Shown here piece after piece: positions 37,030 to 44,267 of a stretch of DNA of 44,267 nucleotides. This DNA comes from Caldilineae bacterium (GTDB lineage Bacteria > Chloroflexota > Anaerolineae > DTLA01), in the NCBI GenBank assembly GCA_037446815.1, contig JBBIHX010000008.1, positions 1 through 44,267 of the forward strand. The letters run 5' to 3'. How positions within the stretch are numbered: position 1 is the stretch's first letter; every line of letters begins with the position of its first letter. The notes under the pieces are model-generated. The model saw only the letters and a program-made list of their open reading frames with translations. It did no database searches and was not told where the DNA came from. A program made the position numbers and the translations under genes.

Positions 37030-38616
37030 CTACGGGCAGGCTGCCTCGGCCAACAGGATACCACCATCCGCGTACAGCCGCAAATGAAAGGGGCCTTGGC
37101 CAGGGGGCAATTGCCGCACCCAAGGTCGCCCAGGGCCGAGGGCGACCTGCTCCGACAGCACGCTCTCGCCCGCGGCGGTTACGCGCAGCGTGGCCTGGCG
37201 CTCCACGGGGCTATACGCGGCGACCATCACGCGCCCTCCCTCGCGCTCCACGCGCACGACGGCCTCACGGGTCGCCGCCGCGAAGCCGCCCAGCCCCGCG
37301 ATGGGAATCCACGTCTCGCTCCACTCCAGCGACTCGCCGGGGGCAAGCAGCCGATCATCGGCGGGCCAGAAGGAGCGGTTGGCGCCTGCCCACAGTTCCA
37401 CATACGATGAGCCGTCGTCGGCGAAGGTGGCAAGGTCGGGGAAGTCCGCGCCGAAGCCGAAGAGTTTGGCGCCGCCGATGCCCGACAGTACGCGCGCCAC
37501 GCCCAGGTCGGCGCGGGTATCGTAGACGCCGACGAACGCGGGCAGCGGGTCGGTGGCGAAGACGCCCAGCCAGTTGCGCCATTCGGCGTATCGGCTCAGG
37601 TCGCGACCGCCGGCCAGGGGCCACGACAGGGTCTCACCCTCGCGGGGAAGGGCTGCGTCGCCCGTGCTGTGCACGATGACCTGCGCCGCCGGGAAGATGA
37701 GCCGCACATCGGGACCCACCGTCGCGCCGCCCGGGGCCAGCATGGCGTTGGCCCAGAACTGCACGGGCAGCGGGCAGGCGCCGATGTTCGTGAGGCGCGG
37801 CGTTACGGTGAAACGCCCCTCACCCGCGGCAAGGGTTACGGTAACCTCCGCCTGGAGGTCGCCGCTTGTGCGACGCAGGACGATGGCCACGCCATCGCCC
37901 TGCCGCTGGGTTGCCGTATCCCACGGCGCGCCCCACTCATACCCGTGCTCGTGCACGGGGAACGCCCATTCCAGGCCGCCGGCGGCGAGCCACCAGTTCT
38001 CGTCTCGCGGCAGCGGCCCCCAGTAGGTGGGCTTCAGCACGCGGTTGTTGTAGAACAGCGCCTGGCCGGTGGGCTTGTACGCGCATTGGTACAGCCGCCC
38101 GCCCAATTCGGGCAGAAACGCCAGCCGCAGGTACTCGTTTTCCACGATCAGGGCGCGGTACGTTTGGGGCGCAGGCGACGGGCGGGACGCCTCGTACTCG
38201 GCGCGGTTGAGCCGCACCACCGCCCCGCCGTATACGGGGTCGGGCGCGGCCGACAGGTGCGCCGCAAACGGATACGCGAGAACGGTCATGGCCTGTTCGT
38301 ACACACGCACCTCCGGGGCACGGCTTGGCGTTGGGATAGGGGTAGTGGGGGTAGGGCTCTGGCCTGCCATGGGCGACGGGGTGGGGGCGGGGGTCAGACC
38401 TGCCCCTGCGGTCTGCGTGGGCGACGGGGTGGGGGCAGGGCTTCGGCTGGCGCCTACGGTGCGCGTGGGCGACGGGGTGGGGGCGGGGCTCTGGCCTGCC
38501 CCTGCGGTCTCTGTGGGCGACGGCGCGACGGTGGGCGACGCGGGTACGTTGGCCGTGCAAGCCGCGCAGAGGAGCGCCAGGCAGGTTATCCCCATGGCGA
38601 GAACCCGTACCTTCAT
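37030..38616 (-). CDS. DUF5107-like putative lipoprotein with Pro/Thr repeat linker
   Basis: MKVRVLAMGITCLALLCAAC near-lipobox. ENEYLRLAFLPELGGRLY, GGLEWAFP, WANA resemble DUF5107 (from memory, not searched). Confidence 0.68.
   Translation of the reverse strand: MKVRVLAMGITCLALLCAACTANVPASPTVAPSPTETAGAGQSPAPTPSPTRTVGASRSPAPTPSPTQTAGAGLTPAPTPSPMAGQSPTPTTPIPTPSRAPEVRVYEQAMTVLAYPFAAHLSAAPDPVYGGAVVRLNRAEYEASRPSPAPQTYRALIVENEYLRLAFLPELGGRLYQCAYKPTGQALFYNNRVLKPTYWGPLPRDENWWLAAGGLEWAFPVHEHGYEWGAPWDTATQRQGDGVAIVLRRTSGDLQAEVTVTLAAGEGRFTVTPRLTNIGACPLPVQFWANAMLAPGGATVGPDVRLIFPAAQVIVHSTGDAALPREGETLSWPLAGGRDLSRYAEWRNWLGVFATDPLPAFVGVYDTRADLGVARVLSGIGGAKLFGFGADFPDLATFADDGSSYVELWAGANRSFWPADDRLLAPGESLEWSETWIPIAGLGGFAAATREAVVRVEREGGRVMVAAYSPVERQATLRVTAAGESVLSEQVALGPGRPWVRQLPPGQGPFHLRLYADGGILLAEAACP
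38340..38530 (-). repeat. Coding tandem repeat, about 48-bp unit (TAGAGQSPAPTPSPT-like x3-4)
   Basis: GGGCGACGGGGTGGGGGC recurs three times at 48-nt spacing. Confidence 0.75.
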
Positions 38617-38622
38617 GGCCGT

Positions 38623-38651
38623 AGTATAGCCCGCATCGGCCTCGCCGTCCA
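38623..38651 (-). promoter_or_regulatory. Promoter for a probably leaderless DUF5107 mRNA
   Basis: Minus strand TGGACG-17 nt-TATACT, 6 nt before the ATG, no SD. Confidence 0.55.
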
Positions 38652-38657
38652 TTCGTT

Positions 38658-38686
38658 TTGACAATCGGGGGATGGCGCAGCATAAT
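38658..38686 (+). promoter_or_regulatory. sigma70-type promoter of the deacetylase-TauE genes
   Basis: TTGACA-17 nt-CATAAT. Confidence 0.72.
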
Positions 38687-38761
38687 ACGAACGCCGGAGA
38701 GGGGCGCTGCGCGCAGCGGTCCATGTGCCCCGGCATTCCTGTTGTCAGAAAGGTGATACCC

Positions 38762-40855
38762 TTGCACACCACAAGTCGGCTCCTTCTCGCGCTGGCGATA
38801 ATCGGTTTCATCGCCGCTGCCGTGCTGATACCCTTCGCCCCGGTCCTCCCCGCGTCGGCGGATGAGGGGGCGATGTTCTACCTACACTACGACGTGGACT
38901 ACTCCGCGGTTCCCGAGTGGGTGCGCATCCGCGACCTGACGCTGAAGGTGCGCGTGGGCCAGGCCGAGAAGGTGGAGGTCATTGCGGATGGGCGAGTCAT
39001 CCCCGCCGACTACGATTCCGCCGCCGGCTGGGTAACGTTCACCACCAACGCCACGCGGGTGGACATCGGCATCCACGGCCTGGCGACTCCCGCCGAGCAG
39101 GTGGGCGAGGTGCGCAAGGCGGCCCTGCGCGGCGGCAAGCGCTGGGCCTACAGCCTCACCTTTGACGACGGCCGTCTGTCCGTGTGGCAGTATGGCAAAC
39201 CCCTGCTGGACCGACTGGGCTACCGTGCGGGCGTCGCCATCATCGGCGAGTGGATGCTGCCGCCGGACTTCTCGCTTGGAACCTGCGGGGATAGCATCAC
39301 CTGGCGCGGCAATCCCGACAGCCCTCTCACCTGGGACTACATGGATACGACCCGTGTCGCGGCCCTGCTGGCGTCCGGCTGGAGCGTGTACAACCATGGC
39401 TTCTTCCACAACAGCCCGGAATCCATGCCCGGGTGCGTCGTGGAAAACATCGCCAAATGCAGCGAGGCGTTGGCGTATGCGCTGGGTGGATACCGCACGC
39501 TGGTGTACACGGCGTACCAGAACCACGAAGGCTTGCGCGACCTGGCCATCGCAAACTATCCTACGCTGGGCTTGCCGATCATCCAGGCCAACGGGGGCGG
39601 CGCCATCGCGGTGGATAGCATCGCCTGGGGGAACCTGCCGTTTGTGCTGCAGCGGTGGGACGTGGGGCGCCCCCGCAGCGATCGGCCCGACACCAGCGGC
39701 GCCATCTACTACATGGACGAGGCTCACCAGAAGGCGGTAAACTACCCGAGCCTGCACTTCTGGCTCAGCCTGCATGGGCATAATGTGGAGCGGAACGACG
39801 TGGCAGGGTCGTCGCTGGACTACCTGCACTTCACCTACGGGCCAGGCGGCACCGATGAGGTGTGGGTGGCGCCCGCCGATGAGGTGTTCCAGTATCTGGC
39901 GACGCGGGATCATGCCGTGGTAACCCGCGTGGCATCGCGCGAGGTTGCCGTGGTGTCGCGTGTGCCCCAGATTCGCCAGGTCGCCTTACGGCAGGGCTGG
40001 CGCGGCTACACCGGCGCCCAGGATACCTACATTGACTCCGGCCAGCCGAAGAAGAACTTCAACGCGCCGGGCGACTCGGCCATTCTGCGTGTTACGTCCC
40101 CGGATAGGAAGGCGGCGCTTCTAGCATTTGACGTGTCTTCGCTGCCGGCCAATGCCCGCATCCTCAGGGCCACCTTGGGCTTCTACGTCCAGAAACATTC
40201 CAACGAGGGCGAGATTGATGTGTCGGCCTACATCCTGCGCAAGGCGTGGCATCCCGACGAGGCGACGTGGGAGCGAGCCTCGGCATCCGCTCCCTGGGGC
40301 GCGTATGGGGCCAACAGCAGCAATGGCGACGGTCGCGACAGGGACGCCAACGCCACCGACCTGCGGCCCCTGCGGTGGTTCCGCTACAAGGACATCAACA
40401 CAGACGAAGAGTTCTTGATAGATGATGCCACGTGGTACTCGCTGGACATCACGCCCGCGGTGCGCGAGTGGGTGGCCAATCCCGACAGCAACTTTGGCGT
40501 CATCCTGAAGGCGACGGGCGGGTCCACCGAGGTGCGAATCGCCGCGTCGGAGTGGCGGGACGTGAACCTGCGCCCGTGCCTGGTGATCACGTACATGGAG
40601 CCGGAGGTGGTGCCGCCATCGCAGCCGAGCGCAACGCCGCAGGTTTCGCCCACGGCAAGCAGCACGCCCACGGCAACGCCAATCCCCACCGAGACGGGCA
40701 CGCCTGCCACCACGCCGACGGGTACGCCCACGGCCACGCCCACGCCGGAGCCGACGGCCACACCGACGCCCACGGCCACCGTTCCCGCTGCCCCGCGCAA
40801 CCGGCTATTCCTGCCGCTGGTTTCCGCAAATCACCCCTATCCTGTACTTCGCTGA
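38762..40855 (+). CDS. Secreted polysaccharide deacetylase (NodB-like) + DNRLRE domain protein
   Basis: TTG start after AAAGGTG. Signal peptide ending ASA, SLTFDDG, NHGFFH. DTYI..LLAFDVS..ATW..DITPAVREW..NFG..RPCLVITY. PT linker, then RLFLPLVS. Confidence 0.78.
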   Translation: MHTTSRLLLALAIIGFIAAAVLIPFAPVLPASADEGAMFYLHYDVDYSAVPEWVRIRDLTLKVRVGQAEKVEVIADGRVIPADYDSAAGWVTFTTNATRVDIGIHGLATPAEQVGEVRKAALRGGKRWAYSLTFDDGRLSVWQYGKPLLDRLGYRAGVAIIGEWMLPPDFSLGTCGDSITWRGNPDSPLTWDYMDTTRVAALLASGWSVYNHGFFHNSPESMPGCVVENIAKCSEALAYALGGYRTLVYTAYQNHEGLRDLAIANYPTLGLPIIQANGGGAIAVDSIAWGNLPFVLQRWDVGRPRSDRPDTSGAIYYMDEAHQKAVNYPSLHFWLSLHGHNVERNDVAGSSLDYLHFTYGPGGTDEVWVAPADEVFQYLATRDHAVVTRVASREVAVVSRVPQIRQVALRQGWRGYTGAQDTYIDSGQPKKNFNAPGDSAILRVTSPDRKAALLAFDVSSLPANARILRATLGFYVQKHSNEGEIDVSAYILRKAWHPDEATWERASASAPWGAYGANSSNGDGRDRDANATDLRPLRWFRYKDINTDEEFLIDDATWYSLDITPAVREWVANPDSNFGVILKATGGSTEVRIAASEWRDVNLRPCLVITYMEPEVVPPSQPSATPQVSPTASSTPTATPIPTETGTPATTPTGTPTATPTPEPTATPTPTATVPAAPRNRLFLPLVSANHPYPVLR

Positions 40856-40863
40856 GGTCACAG

Positions 40864-41673
40864 ATGATGTTGTTGCTTGGCTATCTCGCCCTGGGCGTTG
40901 CCGCGGGCATCCTCGGCAGCCTGCTCGGACTGGGGGGCGGCGTTCTCATCGTGCCCGGTCTCACGCTCCTGTTCGGCCTGCCCATCAAGACGGCCATCGC
41001 TGCAAGCGTTGTGGCGGTGGTAACCAACTCGCTGGCGGGCAGCGTGGTGTACATCCGCAAGGGGTTCACTCACATCAAACTGGCCATGATTCTGGAGATC
41101 ACGACGACCCTGGGCGCGGTCGCCGGCGGGATGATCGCCGTGTGGGTGAGCGGGCGCTGGCTCTACGGCCTGTTTGCGGCGGTGGCCCTGTACATCGTGT
41201 ACGCCATGCGACGCCCCCCGTCGGGCGAGACGGCCGACGACCCCGACGGCGTCCTGCCTGCGGCGTTCATGGACCCCGCTACCGGGTGCGAGGTGCGCTA
41301 CGGCGTGCACCACCTGGGCGCGGGCATGGCGGCCAGCACGGTCGCCGGGGTGCTGTCGTCGCTGCTGGGCATCGGCGGCGGTGTGGTGAAGGTGCCCATC
41401 ATGTGCCAGGTCATGGGCGTGCCCATCAAGGCCGCAACGGCCACCAGCACGTTCATGATTGGCATCACGACGGCCACGGCCGCCATGGTCTACTACGGGA
41501 GCGGGCTTGTGGTGCCGGCGTTGGTAGTTCCGGTCGCGCTGGGGGCCGTCGTGGGCGCGCAACTGGGTTCGCGGCTGGGCGCGAAGGTCCAGAGCAAGGT
41601 CCTGCGCACGCTGTTTCAGGTGTTTCTGCTGTTCATTGCCGCTCAGATGGCATGGAGGGCGCTGGGGCTATGA
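40864..41673 (+). CDS. TauE/SafE-family sulfite exporter-like membrane protein
   Basis: GSLLGLGGGVLIVP and LLGIGGGVVKVP repeats, KAATATSTFMIG, multiple TMs. Confidence 0.9.
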   Translation: MMLLLGYLALGVAAGILGSLLGLGGGVLIVPGLTLLFGLPIKTAIAASVVAVVTNSLAGSVVYIRKGFTHIKLAMILEITTTLGAVAGGMIAVWVSGRWLYGLFAAVALYIVYAMRRPPSGETADDPDGVLPAAFMDPATGCEVRYGVHHLGAGMAASTVAGVLSSLLGIGGGVVKVPIMCQVMGVPIKAATATSTFMIGITTATAAMVYYGSGLVVPALVVPVALGAVVGAQLGSRLGAKVQSKVLRTLFQVFLLFIAAQMAWRALGL

Positions 41674-42023
41674 GAGGGGCTATGAGATTCACGACACCCT
41701 TACACCGCGTGGTGTACTATGTGCTCTTGGTGGGCCTCTCGGCGAGCGTCGCGCTGATTCTGGCGGGGAGCATTGCGGCGCTGGCATCCACAGGAAGCCT
41801 GCCCGAGCGGACGCTCTTGTGGACGCAGGCGTTCCCGTCGGCGCTGGCCGGCGAAGCACAGGGACTGGTTTCCATGGGGCTGTTCGGCATCCTCATCACG
41901 CCTCTGGCCGCGGTAGCGGCGACAGTTCTCGTCTCCGCGTGGCGGCGGGATTGGGCGGGGGTGCTGGCAGGGTGCGGCGTGGCGCTGGTGATGGTGGTGA
42001 GCCTGCTGCTGGGCGGGGCGTAG
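41670..42023 (+). CDS. DUF1634-like small membrane protein
   Basis: Three TMs, GLFGILITP. ATGA-coupled to TauE, the usual partner of this family. Confidence 0.65.
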   Translation: MRGAMRFTTPLHRVVYYVLLVGLSASVALILAGSIAALASTGSLPERTLLWTQAFPSALAGEAQGLVSMGLFGILITPLAAVAATVLVSAWRRDWAGVLAGCGVALVMVVSLLLGGA

Positions 42024-42067
42024 GGGTCGCGGCGTCCCCCTCCCTGGCGCGGCGCTGCAACCCCTAC
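42020..42067. repeat. GTAG-type REP-like palindrome supplying both convergent stop codons
   Basis: GTAGGGGTCGCGGCG ... CGCTGCAACCCCTAC. Confidence 0.65.
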
Positions 42068-43785
42068 GCCGCGCCGACTTCCCGCGCCAGGATGCGCCGC
42101 ACGATGGCCACCGACGCCGCGTAGGTTGCGTCCACCCCGAAGTAGGACAGGCTCTTGGACAGGAGTTCCTGCCGTCGGCTGTAGGGTGTGTCGGAGGCGT
42201 AGTGGATGACGCCGATGTCAAACCATGCGTTGATGAACAGGTTGACGATTTCGTTGATGGGGTAGCGTTTGGGGTAGATGTTCTCGTACACGGCGCTGAG
42301 GTACGGCCCCGCTTCCATTTCTATGTCGGTGTACCCCTCGCGGTAGAACACGTGCATGAAGTCGCGGTTCTGGAGAAACGTGCCCCGCACCGTTACGGCC
42401 TTCTGATTGTCAAAGACCGCGCCCTGCAGGAGGTGGGGGGCCACATCCGCCGCGGTGAAGCAGTTCTTGAACAGGAACGTGTTCTGCGAGTGCTCGTCAT
42501 AGACCACGTTGGGAATCATGACGTCGCCGACCCGGCCGTTGAGGGTGGCCGCCTTGCCCATGGCGTAGAACCCGCGCAACTCGCCCAGGTTGGCCGTCGC
42601 CTGGGTCAGCACCAGGTAGGCGGCCATCCCCAGCGGGTAGTCCACGTTGAAGATGAGCGCCGAACTGTCGGCAAGGCGCGCAAGGCCGGGCATCTGCACC
42701 CGGCGGTCAAACCGCTCGGGGCGCAGGCGGCGTAGGTCAATGACCTGCGCGCCGATGTCCAGCGCGGCGGGCGCGGGGATGCGCAGGATGCCGCATTCCT
42801 CTTCCCACGCGCGCATGGCCTCGCGCAGGTGTTGGTACGCGGGGTGCGCGGCGCACAGGCGGTAGGCGTAGTAGAGCAGGTTCTCCAGCCCAGGCTCCCC
42901 GCTTTCCCGCAGGCGCCGGTATTCCTCCCACAGGCCCTCGGGGTTCTCGTCGCGCAGGTACTGGGCGATCTCGGCCTCGCGGGTGAGGGCGAACCCCGAC
43001 AGGAGATTGGCGATGCTGTGGGTGTTGCTGGACACGAAGTACACGGGCCGCTGGTTCAGCCCGATTCCTTGCGCCGCGTGCTCAATCTCGCGCCACCAGT
43101 CTTCGGTGGCCTTGCGGTAGTCCACGAAGGAACCGGCCAGCAGCAGGATGGACATGGTTTTGCGCTGCTGGGCGATGGTCAGCAGGCGGCGCGGCCACTC
43201 GGCGCCCCACAGGGCGTAGAGCCGCGCGAAATCCGCCTCGGACAATTCCAGCGCCAGCCGCACGCTCTCGGCTTCGGATGGCGCGAGGGGGTTGCCGGTC
43301 TCGGCGTGGCGGCGGAGGATGTCCTCGGCGGGGGTGTTGGCCAGGTGCGCGTGGACCTTGTTCCACTCAATCTGCAGGGCCACGAGCATGGGCACCAGGT
43401 CGTCAATGTCGGACACGCTGGCGATCTGCGCCGCCAGGGTCTCCTTGCCGTCAAAGTAGGCGCGGCGCCGACGCCCAGGGGATTGAACGGGCGTCCACTC
43501 GCGGATGTCGGGATACCCGCGCCGCATGAAGACCTCCGGCGTCTGGCCGAGCACGATGAGGCGCACCTTGTCCATAACGGGAGGCAGGCGCAGATAGGCG
43601 TAGATGAACGCGCCCAGGTCTATGATGGGGTCTTCGGCGTGCAGGTGGAGCGAGGAGTTCATCCCGGCGTGGGTCTCCTCCAGGGAGCGAATCTGGATCT
43701 CGCCGCTGCTGCGGAGCAACGAGTAGTACGTGCGCGTGTACAGCGCGATTTCCTCGTTTCCGGGCGATGGAATTGTTCTGTCCAT
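42064..43785 (-). CDS. Uncharacterised 573-aa protein with a C-terminal nucleoside phosphorylase / AMP nucleosidase-like fold (DUF6909-like)
   Basis: RPVYFVSSNTHS, DYPLG, MGKAATLNGRVGDVMIP, DIEMEAGP, HYASDTP. GAGGT RBS before MDRTIP. Confidence 0.6.
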   Translation of the reverse strand: MDRTIPSPGNEEIALYTRTYYSLLRSSGEIQIRSLEETHAGMNSSLHLHAEDPIIDLGAFIYAYLRLPPVMDKVRLIVLGQTPEVFMRRGYPDIREWTPVQSPGRRRRAYFDGKETLAAQIASVSDIDDLVPMLVALQIEWNKVHAHLANTPAEDILRRHAETGNPLAPSEAESVRLALELSEADFARLYALWGAEWPRRLLTIAQQRKTMSILLLAGSFVDYRKATEDWWREIEHAAQGIGLNQRPVYFVSSNTHSIANLLSGFALTREAEIAQYLRDENPEGLWEEYRRLRESGEPGLENLLYYAYRLCAAHPAYQHLREAMRAWEEECGILRIPAPAALDIGAQVIDLRRLRPERFDRRVQMPGLARLADSSALIFNVDYPLGMAAYLVLTQATANLGELRGFYAMGKAATLNGRVGDVMIPNVVYDEHSQNTFLFKNCFTAADVAPHLLQGAVFDNQKAVTVRGTFLQNRDFMHVFYREGYTDIEMEAGPYLSAVYENIYPKRYPINEIVNLFINAWFDIGVIHYASDTPYSRRQELLSKSLSYFGVDATYAASVAIVRRILAREVGAA

Positions 43786-43810
43786 GTGGACCTCACGGGC
43801 CGTGGCGCAG

Positions 43811-44083
43811 TTATCCGCCCGCCACCGGCTCAAATAGGTAGAGCGTGTCCCCATCCTTGAGCGGGAAGGAAGCAGCGCGTCCCCGCGGCACGATGCGACT
43901 GTTGACGAACAGCGAGTAGGGCACGGCGGGCGCCGCCAGCATCGGCTCCAGGTCGGGCCAGCGGGCTGCCATCGCCGCCAGACAGTCCGACACTGTGGCC
44001 CCGTCGGGCAGTTCCAACACGATGGGGCCTTCCTCCTCAATCTTGGAGCGGAATAGCGGATCCAGTTTCAGCGTAACGCGCAT
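43811..44083 (-). CDS. MoaD/ThiS-family ubiquitin-like protein
   Basis: 90 aa beta-grasp pattern (LPDGATVSD, LFVN, LKDGD) ending PVAGG-stop. Confidence 0.85.
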   Translation of the reverse strand: MRVTLKLDPLFRSKIEEEGPIVLELPDGATVSDCLAAMAARWPDLEPMLAAPAVPYSLFVNSRIVPRGRAASFPLKDGDTLYLFEPVAGG

Positions 44084-44153
44084 GGCAACCGTCTGCCCCC
44101 GTATCCAGGGTTGTGTACACTCGTTGACTAGGTAGAGACCGGTCTTGCGCCCA

Positions 44154-44182
44154 ATTCTAGCATTCTTGGCCGCGTCGGGCAA
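44154..44182 (-). promoter_or_regulatory. sigma70-type promoter of the MoaD-like operon
   Basis: Minus strand TTGCCC-17 nt-TAGAAT with extended TGn. Confidence 0.62.
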
Positions 44183-44196
44183 GTTACGGTGCGGGC

Positions 44197-44267
44197 GAGT
44201 CGGTTCCAAAGTCTGCTGGCATTTGTCATTGCGAGGGCGCGGAGCGCCCGAAGCAATCTCCGGGGCG
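44197..44267. mobile_element. MITE copy B4, cut by the window end
   Basis: GAGTCGGTTCCAAAGTCTGCTGG followed by GTCATTGCGAGGGCGCGGAGCGCCCGAAGCAATC, as in B1. Confidence 0.8.

Noticed and set aside
40620..40790. Pro/Thr-rich low-complexity tracts (also in rodZ and the glycoside hydrolase)
   Set aside because: Ordinary extracellular linkers, not independent DNA elements.
40864..44083. TauE plus MoaD as a single sulfur-relay system
   Set aside because: They are convergent, separately promoted units with no sulfurtransferase or E1 enzyme in view. Proximity alone is insufficient.
42064..44209. Track ORFs 42064-44040 and 43811-44209 read as one long or fused protein
   Set aside because: The upstream extensions overlap the MoaD-like gene or the MITE. 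Better starts are 43785 and 44083, in different frames.

Overview
GC-rich bacterial chromosomal window with one 100-N scaffold gap. It is probably Chloroflexota/Anaerolineae-like, inferred from the MurF-Alr fusion, a translin homologue and secreted proteins ending in an L/V-P-hydrophobic motif. About 39 mostly housekeeping or envelope genes are present: divergent pyrD-like, dtd, MacAB-type ABC exporter, HAD, GNAT, murF-alr, GT4, J-domain protein, gyrA, lpdA, lipA, rimO, rodZ, murI, C26 glutamyl hydrolase, nitroreductase, vapBC, secreted glycoside hydrolase, csp, a STAS/RsbW/STAS/5xGAF-PP2C partner-switching operon ending in a translin/TRAX-like gene, TPR-TolB, DUF5107, deacetylase-DNRLRE, TauE, a nucleoside-phosphorylase-fold protein and a MoaD-like protein. 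The most striking signal is non-coding. A family of about 145-175 bp miniature elements with 23-bp imperfect terminal inverted repeats occurs six times, plus one truncated copy. The five complete copies have 8-bp target duplications (three exact, one with a mismatch, one 7 bp). Each of the six sits 14-16 bp upstream of a sigma70-type -35 hexamer and carries interchangeable REP-like hairpin cargo. No transposase, tRNA, rRNA or CRISPR array was seen.
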